A DNA stretch of 64,000 nucleotides from Antechinus flavipes (GCF_016432865.1 NC_067401.1:9548001-9612000), one strand, 5' to 3'; counted from the stretch's first letter, positions 20,510 to 32,084 are shown. Notes: a model not told the origin generated them from the letters alone. Numbers and translations: made by a program.

Positions 20510-22243
20510 CCCTAGATCTCTGGAATCCCAGCGGAGCAGAAGCGGGGGAGAGGGCTCCGTGTTTTTGCACTTCGGTGGGGTTTCTGCCCCTTCTGCGGCC
20601 TCTTTAGTTAGTGCGCCTGGGACACAGAATGCATCGATTGACTCTAGGCCCTTCCTTTGGACAAGCCTATCTGAAGCCCCCACCGTGTGCCGAGAACAGC
20701 CCGCTCAGGCGCGGGAGCAGGACAACATGAATGAGGTCCCTGCCCGCAAGGGGCTTCCGTTCTCCTCAAGGAGAAATGACCCATGTACGGGGCCCAAAAT
20801 GTACAGGTCTGGCCCTCTCTGATCAAATGGGCTCTCACGGCCTCCAAGGGCAGACTCGGGCCAGGAGAGGCGCTGGCAGGGCAGGGGGGTCCCAACCGTA
20901 ACCACCACGCCCTAGAACTGGTGGGCGCCGGGCCAGGGGGCGCCGGGCCAGGGGGCACCGCACACTGCTCCCGGGAGGGGGGGGGGAATGTCCTGCTTTC
21001 TGGCAACAAAGGAGAATTGAAAGGGTCTCCCGTCCTCACAGAAGGTCAACCCCGGGGCCCGGAGGGGGCAGAGGCCCCCGCCATGATTAGGGAACTTTTC
21101 TTCTTTCGGGCCGGCTGGTTCCTTGCATCAAGGCCGACGTTGGCCAGAGCCATTGCCACAGCCATTTAAGGGACGGGAGCCCCCGGAAGAGCTGAGGGAC
21201 CTTTCCACCCCGGAGCCGGTGCGGGAGGAGCCAGCGGGAGGGAAATCTGCGCCGTCTGCGCTCTGCGTCCTCACTGCTTTCCGGGGGGCGGAGCTTCCGT
21301 GCTGCCCAAAGCCCCGGGCTCCGCCAGGGGCAGGATTGTGAGCGGGACCCAGGAAGACAGACAGGGAAACTGAGGCAGGAGGAGGCTTGTTGCGCGCTTA
21401 GGATCCCAGCCCTGCTCGGACCCTTGCCGGGTAGGGATCCAGCGCTGACCAGGGATGCTCCGGCGCTGGGGGACGCCCCTCCCGGCTCTAAGCGCTCGGG
21501 GGTCCCGGAGAGGGAAGGCGAGGAGTCCTGACGGGGCAGAACCGGCCGTTGGACGCGTCCCTCGTGTCCAGCCCTGCAGCCCACGAGTGTCTTCTGAGCT
21601 CAGTTTCCTCTTCTGTAACATGAAGTCTTTTGCAGCCTCAGTTCTATGATCCCAGATTCTGGGCCTCAGTTTACCCCTGTGACAGGTGGCAGAGGAGAGA
21701 TTTGGGGCCCGAATGGTCTCTGGGCTCCTCCCATTCAGTGACTCAAGTTGGAGGTGCAGGGAGTCCTCCGGATCTGCAGGGGGCGCCCACCTCGCCCATT
21801 CACCAAGAATCGGGCCATGACAAGGCACCAGCCTGGACCGGCGGGGGTCCTCGCCCTCAGGCTGTCCAGCTTTCCGCCTGACTGTAGGACTCCGTGTTTC
21901 TTCCAAAAAAGAGCCCGAGCTCAGGCGGCGTGGCCGTACGGAGGGGCCCGCGTCTCTTCTAGGGGGTCGGGCGGGGGCGGTGGTGGCGGGACGGGGTGGG
22001 GGCCGTGGACAGGTGGCGTGAAGCGTCAGGCTTCTTGGTCGCCACCTCTAAGAGCGTGGGGTCCTCCCTGCCGGTGGCCTCGCTCCGTCAGTCAGGCCGG
22101 GGCGGCTGAGGCGGGAGCGGCGAGAGCGGCGGCAGCGGCGGCAGCGGCGACCCCGGCGACCCCGGCAACCCCGAGCCCTCTGATCCCGACGACCCTGACT
22201 CCACCCCTCGGCGACGCGCGGCGGACTGAGTAACGCCGCCGCC

Positions 22244-22259
22244 ATGATCACCTCGGCCG
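22244..22259 (+). CDS. PSMD1: 26S proteasome non-ATPase regulatory subunit 1 (Rpn2), coding exon 1
   Basis: gccgccgccATGATCACCTCGGCCG|gtgagt = MITSA(A). Confidence 0.97.
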
Positions 22260-22290
22260 GTGAGTGCGGCCCGGCGCGGGCGCCTATCGC

Positions 22291-22299
22291 GCTGAGTCA
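22291..22299 (-). promoter_or_regulatory. ARE-like motif (TGACTCAGC)
   Basis: GCTGAGTCA on + strand, 32 nt into intron 1. Motif match only. Confidence 0.5.
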
Positions 22300-23929
22300 G
22301 GCCCGGCCCGTCTCTGCGCTCCCGCCTGCGTGCCTCTATCCGGGCCCGGGCCCCCCACCTTTCCCCCCGGCTCCGTTCGAGGAGCTTCTCCTCTCTGATT
22401 CCTCCAGGCCAGCACGAGGCTTCCGCGGGGCCTGCGGACTCAGTTTCCTCCTCTGTCATTGGGGGGGCGGGCGTTCCTGAGGGGACTCCCATCAAAGGAA
22501 ACTCCCTCTACTGAGGCAGGAAGCCCTCCGCGGCCCCACGGGCGGGACTCCGACCCAGGCCTACCTGACCTCTGTTTGGGGCCATCCTCGCCTTTGCCCA
22601 AGCTGTGGCCCCCACTCGAGGGCAGAGACCTGGCAGAGAAGGACATATTCGAACCTGGGATGGGGAGGTGGGCGAGCCCTACTAGTGGGGAGGGTCACAG
22701 TGCTGGCTTTACAGATGGAGAAACCGAGGCTCCTGGCAGGCTGACTCAGAGCAGGACTGGGATTGAAACGCAGGACCCCGGGGCCTCGCTGCTGCCCGGT
22801 CTCATTTCTTGGAAATAAGCACAAGTCCCCCAGACCGAAGGAGAAAAGACATTGTGGGAAACTGAGGTGCGACCCTGCCTCCATTTCCACAGAAACAGAA
22901 GGGTCTCCTTCCTAGCAGCTCTGAGGGTAAACTGAGTCCCAGAGTTCCTTGTGCCCATTGCCTTCACTTTTCCGGGTATTCATGTCAGGGCACTCCGGAC
23001 ACGAGTCATCAGGCCGCGGAAGGTCCATCTTTGTCCCAAAGCCGGCGGTCTATCCCCAAGGATGGAGCTGGATAGCACTGGAGGCGGGGTTCTGAAGGAT
23101 GCCCCTCCCCTTTTCTTTCCCCCCCACTTTCATTTCTCACCTGTTTTACCTTCTTCCCTGGACCTTTTGTGCCCTGGCCTGTTCTTGGGTGGCCGGTCAC
23201 CTGTCCAGCGGGGATGGCCGGGTGCAGGGGACCAGAGAAAGGACATTGGGAAGCATTTAGTCACTTCCTTTTTGTTTTTTTTCCCAATAAAAGCGTGCAG
23301 TGTGTTTTAGGAGATACTTTCAAAAAAAGTCCTGTCTTTCCTTTTCCTCCGCTGCCTTTTGAGGTGCTCAGGAGCTCCCTTTTTGGGTACCACTGTTGTT
23401 CAGGACCCTCTCCTCCCAGTTAAAAGTGCACAGAGAAGTACGAGCAGACAAGACACCCTGGCCTAAAAGGGCTGTCTCTGGCCATCCTCTGCCCCTCCGG
23501 TGGGAGCTGGCAGCGGTCTGCTGCATCACAGGCCCTTTGACTCGGGGCTCCTTATCACATTGACCATAATTCCAAAATTTCCAAAGTTGTTTTTCTTTAC
23601 AATCTTGCTTTGGTATAAATTTTCCTGGTTCTTTACTTCGTTATGTATCACTTCCTAATACCCAGGATTCTTTGACATAGTCTCCTTTTTCATCTCTTAC
23701 CCCTGTTATATACAAATACTGTTATTTGTTCAGGTCTAGTTGTCCGAGAGATGATTTAAGGCAATCCCTCGCTCCTCAGGTTCCGGTTCTTCACTCTTTT
23801 TTTCTTTCCTCTTTTAATCCCTCATTCTGGACTAGGAAATTTGATTTTTCTGTGATTATTCCCTCTTTTACATTCCTTCCTCAATTACATCCCCTTATCC
23901 CCATTTCCCTAATTTTTAATGTAATTCTA

Positions 23930-25330
23930 TACATATATTTTAAAATTCAATTTTATTTTGTTTTTAGCTTCAAATTGTTTTTTTCCCCATCCATTGAAAA
24001 GAAAACAAAATACAAAACCTATTACAAAAAGGAAATCGCACAAAACACATTTATATTACCTGTGTTCCCCTAACCTCCCCATTCCCCCCAAGAAAAAGAA
24101 AGAGGGGAAAAATATGTCCATTTGTGGTCTGAGTCCACCAGCTGTCTCTGGAACATTTTTCATCATGAGTTCTTCAGAACTGAACATCACTGTTTCCTAG
24201 AATTACTACGTTTTTGAAGTTGAGTATTGATATCATTGCTATTACTGGTTTCCTGGGTTTGCTCACTTCACCTTGCATCAGTTCATCGAAGTCTTCTAAG
24301 GTTTCTCTGAAGTCGTCACTTTGCTCATTCCTTACACATAAATGTTCATCTCCTTCATATACTGTAGCTTGTTTAGCCATTCCCTAGTTGATGAGTGTCG
24401 TTTTGATTTCACATTCTTTGTCATCACTGAAAGAGTTACTATAAATATTTTTGTACATTATAGGTTCTTTTCTTCTTTCTTTGATCTCTTGGAGATATAG
24501 ATGAAGTCATAGAATTTCTGGCTTAAGGGATAGGAACAGTTACATCAATAGTGTTTTGGGCATAATTATCAAGTTGCTCTTCAGTATAAATGATCAGCTT
24601 ATAGTTTCATCAATAATGCATTTACTGTCCCTATTTTCCCACATCCCCTCTAGCATTTATCATTTTCCTTTACTTTCATATTAGCCAATTGGATGGATAA
24701 TACTTCAGAGATTCTTTAATTGATATTTCTCTATTATTTAGAGCATTTTTTTACTGACTACTGTTGAGTTTGATTTTTTTTTCTCTGAAAACTACCTGTT
24801 CATTTCTTTTGACCATTTGTCAATTGGGGAAGGACTCTTATTCTTATTCATTTGCTTCTCTTCTTAATATATTTTAGAAACAAGACCTTTATGAGACCCT
24901 TAGAAACTTGCTGCCAAGATTTTTTTTTCCTGCTTTCCTTCTAATTCGCAATTTTGGTTTTGTTTGTGCAAAAACTTTTTATGTTATCAAATTATCCATT
25001 TTGCATTCAGTGAACCTCTTTGTTTTGTTTGCCATCTCGACAGGTAATTTCTTTCATGCTCCACTAATTTGCTTTAATCAGTTTGTGAGTTCTTGCCCCC
25101 ATAACTGGAATTACTGTGCTCATTTGCTCCTGTATATTCCATTCCATTGATTAACCGATATCAAATTAATTTGATGATGACAGTTTTGTAGGATAGTTTG
25201 AAATCTGCTATTGCTAAACCACTTTCCTTCATTTTTAAATTTTTTTTTGATTCTCTTACTATTCTTGACTTTTGGTTCCTCTGTGAATTTTTAAATTATT
25301 TTTAATATCACAAACCAATTCGGTTGAGGT
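23930..25330 (-). mobile_element. Old L1 (3' UTR and ORF2 end), degraded
   Basis: T-rich antisense L1 text, e.g. ttcaccttgcatcagttcat, attttcccacatcccctctagcatttatcattttcc, tcaattggggaaggactctt. Confidence 0.8.
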
Positions 25331-25977
25331 GGTGATTCAGGTGTTGCCAGACTCCCCCCCTATTTGCAGGTGTTTTGCCAAAGAGAAGTAAATTTTGATC
25401 CCTGAAACTTTGCAAGATATCTTGGGGTTTATGGGCTAGAACCAGACTTTAAGCCTAAATCACTCTGACTTATTGATTAGCCAAAAATAGTTCCCAGGCC
25501 AAGTCCTACTCGAATCCTGATTCCTGATTGGCTCAAAGTGACTAGAAATAGCAATTGTTTCTTTTTTTGGCCAGAAACCCTGAGGATCTTCCCCTTCCAG
25601 ATTTTTTACTGGTACTGCTAAACCACTTTCCTTCATTTTTTTAAATATCCATGTTCATGAATAAAATTAATCTATAATTTTCTTTTTTCTGTTTATACTT
25701 TTTCTGGTTTAGTTTTAAGTAACATTGTTTCATTAAAGGAGTTTGGTAGAGCGCCTTCTTTGCCTTTTAATTTCAGATAATTTCATGTTGGAATTAGTTG
25801 ATTCTTAAATGTTTGATAACATTCACTGCTAAATCTGTCTGATCCTGGTGTTTTTTTCCTTAGAAAACTCATTTATGGTCTATTAAATTTGTTTTTCTAT
25901 TTCTACTTTTGCTAATCTAGGTGGGGAGTGTGTGCTTTTATAGATATTCCATTTCACTTGTTAAATTTATTGTCATT

Positions 25978-26320
25978 GATCTCCAATGATCTTGTGATGA
26001 AGAGAACCATCTACACCCAGAGAGAGGACTGTAGGAACTGAATGTAGATCACAACATAACATTCTTACTCTTTTTGTTGTTGTTCGCTTGCCTTTTTTTT
26101 CTTGCTTATTTACTTTTTTAATCTTATTTTTCTTGTGTAACAAGAGAATTGTATAAATATGTTTGTACATACTGGATTTAACATATTTTAACATGTTTAA
26201 CATATATTGGATTGCTTGTCATCTAGGGGATGGGGTGGAGAGAAAGAGGAGAAAAATCTGAAACAAGGCTGTGCAAGGGTCAGTGTTGTCAAATTATCTG
26301 TGTATATATTTTGAAAATAA
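25978..26320 (+). mobile_element. L1 3' end nested in an older antisense L1
   Basis: gatctccaatgatcttgtgatgaagaga..catctaggggatggggtgg..ttgaaaataa; degenerate TSD aaatttattgtcatt (25963-25977) / aaaattattgacatt (26321-26335), 13/15 identical. Confidence 0.8.
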
Positions 26321-26335
26321 AAAATTATTGACATT

Positions 26336-27300
26336 TAACTGAGCAAAATAACTCTTTATTTACCCTTTTTCATTTTTGATAATTTAATTTAATTTTCTTG
26401 CCTTTCAAAAAATCATATTAACCAACGTTTTATCTATTTTATTGCTTTTTTTTTATAATACCAATTCCTAATTTTATTTATTAATTTAATGGTTTTCTTA
26501 CGCTCCATTTTATTGATTTCATTTTTACTTTTAGGAATACTATTTTAGTGTTTCGTTGGGGATTTTAAATTTGTGCTTATTTCTTACCAAATTCATTGGT
26601 CTGTTCTTTCTCTTTTTTATTAATATAAGCACTTAGAGATAAATTTTCCTTTAATTACTGCTTTTGCTGTAGTCCATGAGGTTTGATATGTTCTTTTGTT
26701 AATTGTAATTTTCTTTAATGAAATTGCTAATAATTTCTGTTATTTGTTCTTTAACCCATACATTAGGTAGTTTAGTCTGCAGTTACTTTTATTCTATGTT
26801 ACCATAATCCCTTTTAAAATATTATTTTTATTGCATTCTGATATGTAAAGGAAGCATTTAATATTTCTGCTTTTAGCGTTAAAATTTTTGCACTATAATA
26901 TATGGTCAATCTTTGTAAAGATGCCATCTAATGCCAAGAAAATGGTGTATTTCTTTCTATTTCCATTCAATTCTTTCCAAATATTTATCCTTTCTAGCTT
27001 ATACAAAATTGTATTCACTTCCTTAATTACTTTCTTATTTATTTTTTGGTTAGATTTATCTAGTTCTAAGAGGGGAAGATTAAAATCCTCCTGCTATCTA
27101 TTACTATTTCCACTTATGATTCATTTAACTTAAAAAAAATTTTAGATTTAGATGCCAAATTTAGATACTAGATGGTATTTGGCACATTTAAGTTTAGTAT
27201 TAATAGTGCTTCATTGTACCTTTTATCATAACATAGTTTCCCTGTTTATGTTAATTCTTTTCATAATTTTTTTGCAATTTTCCCAATTTTTCCTCTGTGG
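26336..27300 (-). mobile_element. Old L1 ORF2 region, degraded
   Basis: T-rich antisense ORF2-like text (gataaattttcctttaattactgc, gtcaatctttgtaaagatgcca, gatttatctagttctaagaggggaag). Confidence 0.7.
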
Positions 27301-28282
27301 CTCTTTTTTTTTTTTCTTATCAGGTGCTTTTTAAAAAATCTTTTAATATTTTTAGAATTCTTGTTGGATAGATAACCAATCTGACTTTGTTTTTTTGGAG
27401 TCTTTGCTTATAGATATTTTCAAGTGACAATTGAAAACTTCTGTATCTTGTATCTTGAGTTTCCTTGCCATCATATTAACTCCTTATCATCAGGTTCTTT
27501 TTTGTTTGTTTGTTTGGTCATTTTTTTCAGCCTTCATCTTGATTTTGGACATTAGTGTCAGGATGTATTCAATTTTTAAAATTTTCTTATTTATTTTAGT
27601 GGCGGGAGATATCTAGCCTGAGCATATGTCCTTTGATTTCCTTCTGCTATTTTAATAACAATTGAGTTGGAGAGGGGGACTTCAAGCTTTCATAGTACCA
27701 TGATTGGGAAGAGGTCTGCAATTCCTACACTGCAGATTCCTGACCCAGATTTGGGCCTGTTGGCTTGTGTGGTTGAATTTCAGTAGACTCCTGATAAGGC
27801 TCTATTGGGAGATTCTGTCAGTTCAGAGAGACTGAACTGCTGGCTCCCCCGTGGTCTGGGAGTCTTCCCTTGTTTATTTGCTGTTGGCTGGTGGTCTGTG
27901 CTGAAGGTTAGGCCGGAGGTATCATTCTACTTTTACATTCAGGGCTTCATCTTTGTTTCTTTCTATGCCCTGGCACTGGGCAGTTGGTGACATTGCCAGA
28001 TGGTACCTAATGCCACTCCCCTGGGATCTCTGTCCTCCCTGACATTCAGTCTCCCTACTATTCCTAGGTGTTAGAATATTGCTGTTGTGCCACAGTACTG
28101 GCTAGCCTCTGTCCCAGTGTCCACTTTCCAAGCTTCCCTGAGCTGGGAAAAAAATCACTTCCCTATGACTTTTTTCTTGGCTTTCTAACTTAGAAATCAG
28201 TCTGGCATTCTTACTGTGGAGGAGATAAAGGAAAAATGCTACCTCTTACCCTGCCATTTGAGAGTCTTACCCTGGCTCTTGA

Positions 28283-28284
28283 GT

Positions 28285-28350
<66 letters not shown>

Positions 28351-28360
28351 TTGTGTGTGT
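28283..28360. repeat. (TG)n microsatellite
   Basis: About 30 near-perfect TG units. Confidence 0.98.
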
Positions 28361-28375
28361 TTTCAGATAAGAGCA

Positions 28376-28729
28376 TGTAGAGGGCTGAAACTATGTAATC
28401 AATGCACTGAGATCAGGACTGCTGAGCGTTTAAGGCTAACTACTGATTGGACAATACTCTGTGGGCATATGCTTGGGAAAATGGTCCTTTCCATTATCCA
28501 TACTGGCTCAGTGATTGGTGTATAGAGGATTGTAGGAGGGATGAGGGGGAAGAGTAAAGCTAGCCAGGAACACACTCTTGGCAGTAGAGGAGGGGGAAGG
28601 CAGTCGTGTTGATTCTGCTTCCATCCTGTTCAATCCTGCGTCGGGGGCCACGAATAAAGGTTAAGGACTTTTGCTTATCCTGACTCCGGCTGATTCTGGA
28701 GTGTCCTGGGTGCTAGCGTGGTCATTACA
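28376..28729 (+). mobile_element. Solo LTR (354 bp) with 6-bp TSD
   Basis: Starts TGTAG and ends TTACA (TGTA/TACA inverted termini). AGAGCA duplicated at 28370-28375 and 28730-28735. AATAAA at 28653; two GATTGG (reverse CCAAT) motifs. Confidence 0.9.
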
Positions 28730-28959
28730 AGAGCAGAGGTTCTCTTGCTGGCTATTCTCTTCTTTCATGTTTGTGTACTCTTATCATGTACCCCATTTTA
28801 CAAGTTCTGACCCCTTTATCTCTGTTCTACACTAAAGAATTTTGACTCAGCTTCCCTTTTCTTCCTTTCAGATCATGAGATCCAGCCTCTCTCCCATTCT
28901 TCTCCCCCCCCCCCCCAAATTTGTCTTAGATAATCCTTTCTGTACCCTTTGAAAGTCTT

Positions 28960-29760
28960 ATGAATCTGGAGGGACCTATTTGAATGTTAGCACTACATCA
29001 TCAAACAACTTCCTAGGTTTCTCTGGAGTGCTGTATTTCAGAATGCCGGTTTTTTTCTATCGGAGATGCTGCAAAGAATTTTAATTTGCTTATATAGAAT
29101 TACATTCTATGCAGAGTATAAGTGATTCCTGGTTTTAAGTCTGTCTCATTTGCATTCTGTCATTTAGAGGGAAGCTGCCAGGTGTTTTCTGATCCTGAGT
29201 ACACAGCATGTCCCTTTGTACTTGAACTTCTTTCTGGATCCTTGCCGCATTTTTCTTTGGCAGTGGAGCAAGGAATTTTGTCTGATTTTTTGGGAATTTT
29301 TCCTTTGGGGATTTCTTTCAGGTTGTAATTGGTGGTTATTTCTACCTTTACTTTGCCTTCTGGTTCTGGTAGCTGTAGGAATTTTCGTTTATGAGTTCTT
29401 TAATGTAGTGCCCAGGCTTTTACAAAAATTATAGTTTTCAGGGAGTCCAATCCCTGAATTCTCTGTCCTTGAGCTGATTTCCAGATCTGTTGCTTTTTAG
29501 ATCTGGCATGTTCTTTCCCCCCAACCTTTTAATTTAGTTTAACATTTTTTTATTTGCATGGAATCATTAATTTCTGTTTGGTCCATTCGCATTTTCAGAA
29601 TTCATTGCTTGAGTAAATTTTAGCACTTTCTGTTCTAAGCCAGTTAATCTCTTTCTAGGCCTTTTCTCCAGAGCTTTTAATTTTATTTCCTATCTCTTGC
29701 TTCATTTCATCTAGGTTTTCATGTAGTCAGTAGTCACTAAGCATTTGTTAAGTGCTTATT
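28960..29760 (-). mobile_element. Old L1 ORF1-region fragment
   Basis: Antisense ORF1-like text (ttctttctggatccttgc, ggattctttcagg, gggagtccaat..gaattctctgtccttgagctgatttccagatc). Confidence 0.6.
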
Positions 29761-31619
29761 GTGTGCCATAGTCTTTGTGGAACATCCATTTTATCTTTTT
29801 GATCTTCATTTATCTCTTTGGTTTAGTTCTCCTTTGGGGCTCTGTGCCAGAACGTGGCTCTACCCCTTTGATGAACTTTTGGAGGAGGATGGGTGGCCCT
29901 GCTTCCTGTCCCACTCCATCTCTTTGGGATAAGCTCCCCCCAGGCTTAGGTCCTGCTATTTCTTTAAGATCCTGAGCATTTTGGCATCTCAGGAGAGTCT
30001 CCGGGCTCTGGCTCTCATCCCCGGGCAGCTGCTCATGGCCTCTGATTGTACACCGGGGTCGGTGGCTTGTTAGGCTTCTGGCTGGCTTCTCATGTTGCTC
30101 TGTGATGGGTAAAATCTCTAGTGTTTCTTATTGGATTCTCATTGATTGTCTTGTCTGGAGTAAATCTGTGGGAACTGGTCCCTCTGCCTACTGAGCAGTG
30201 TAGCCTTCTTGGCTGCAAGTCTGTATGAACTCTTCTGACCCCTCAGCTGATCTCCGTGTTCTGGTCCTTGAGCCTAAGCAGACCCTCATTTCTTCTTCTA
30301 GTCATGTCTGTCTGACAGGACAAGAGGCTGATTGTGCCTGCCAAAAGTTTTGGATATTCTCATTGGGCTTCCCTTAGTTCCTCTTGCCTGGTCTTTGGGG
30401 GGAGTGTGTTGTTTCTGATGCTGCTGGGAGGAGAGTCCTGGAGCACTAACCCCCGTGGTCAGCTCCACTCAAGTCCAGCCCCAGAGCTTCCAGAGCCAAG
30501 GCCAGGCTTTGTTCTCCTCCTGTTGTTCGGCAATAGTTTTTCCTGGCGGGGACGATCTCTTAGACAGCATCCCTGTCAGGGCTCTTTTTCAGACAAACAT
30601 TGTCTTTTAAACCTTCAACATGAGGCTCTGGCCACCGGAGGAGACCTGGCCTGTCCCTGAATTCTGAGCAGAGCCTGAGCTGGGCAAATTATAGGGAGCA
30701 ACTCCGATTTCTGCTTTATTGAGTTGACTCTGCTGAAAAAAAGTAGATCTAAGCTGTTGGTAAGTAGCAAGAATCATATTCATGTTAATTGATTCCAAGT
30801 GAACAAACAATTCTCTTTACAAAAAAAAAAAAATCCACAACAAAACTGTAGCCTGTAGCGAGCATTTACTTATGATGTGCCGGACACTAAGTGCTGGGGA
30901 ATTAGAGTAGCATGAAGCCGTCCTTTCCCTCTAGGAACTCCCTTCACACAGAAAGCAGTATCCACAGTAGGCAGACGTTTAGTCCAGAGGGATGCGGAAG
31001 GGGCTGTTTCTGTCTGGAGGGCAATGTGACGAGCGTGGGGAAGGGCTGGAAAAGTCAAACAGAGCAGAGTAGAATTGGAGTTGGGTGAAGAGGGCTGGTG
31101 CTGGAGCCGGAGGAGCTGCCTGCAACTCTGCTATCGACATGGCTTACCTGTGGGACTTTGGGCAAAGCCGCCAAGTTGTTGGGGCTTCGGCTACTTCGTG
31201 TATAAATGGGCGCCTCCCAGCTCTGCTGCTGGGAGCCAGGCAGGACCAAGTTCATGAACATAGGCCCTTCTTGGGTTCTGGTTTTTTGGCCTTTCCAGGA
31301 TGACCTAAAGTTCTTTCACTATTCATTAATTTTTTTCCCCTTCTCTTTTAAAAACATCATTGTAATTGGTGCTCAGAGAGTTCAGGTTCTGCTGATTTTA
31401 TTCTGAAATCCCTCTTAGAAGCCTTCATGTGTTTCTTATGCTTCATTTTTCTCATTAAAAAATGATATTGTGATGTGCAAGCATCAATGTAGAGCCAGGA
31501 AACGCTTTGTGGGCTGTCTAGGCCGATCTTTCTCATCTCACAGATCAGGAAACCGAGGCTCAGGGTCCTTAAGTGACATGTCCAGGATCATCAAACCCAA
31601 GACCTGTGATGGCGGGCCT

Positions 31620-31900
31620 GGCCAGGACAGGCTGCAGCATTGGGCTAAATCTAATACAATAAAATCAATGAGGGACAAATGTGAAATCTTACACTTGGAC
31701 ACAAACAACTAACATGAAAAGTGCAAGATGGAGAAGGCAAGGTTAGATAGCAAAGATCTGGGGGGGTTCAGTGGCCTCCAAGTCCAGTAAGGTGAACCAT
31801 TGCAGTCTCGGGGCAGAGCTGCCCAGAGGTAGGCATCTGCTGCACTGCTCGGACCCCACCCGACCCATTGTGTTCGGTTCTGACCTGTCTGGAGTGCAGG
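31620..31900 (+). mobile_element. L3/CR1 LINE ORF2 C-terminal remnant
   Basis: Translates QDRLQHWAKSNTIKSMRDKCEILHLDTNN*HEKCKMEKARL..KDLG, matching the CR1 motif DRLxxWAxxNxMxFNxxKCxxLHLG..KDLG. Confidence 0.8.
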
Positions 31901-32084
31901 GGGAGGCCGGAGAGTATCTGGGAACAGACAGCCGGGATGGCCAAGAACCTGGAGGCTGTGCTCTGGGTGAGAGGCCACCTTTGCCCCACTGCCCAGGAGT
32001 CCCAGACCTCATATTTCTAGTCAAGCATTCTTCCTGTTTTAATGAATTTCAGGCTCATAACCACAACAATCTTCTGTTTTGCAG

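Larger units (their letters stand above)
20500..22700 (+). promoter_or_regulatory. PSMD1 CpG island / TATA-less promoter
   Basis: CpG-rich. GC boxes GGGCGG at 21969 and 21975, no TATA seen, ATG-free GC-rich leader and strong Kozak GCCGCCGCCATG at 22235-22246. Confidence 0.8.

Noticed and set aside
21982-22047. GGTGGC words as yeast PACE (Rpn4) elements
   Set aside because: PACE is GGTGGCAAA and mammals have no Rpn4; the resemblance is partial and probably coincidental.
21087-22495. 100-210 aa ORFs on both strands around the PSMD1 promoter
   Set aside because: CpG-island shadow ORFs with low-complexity composition. A divergent non-coding transcript cannot be excluded but has no sequence support.
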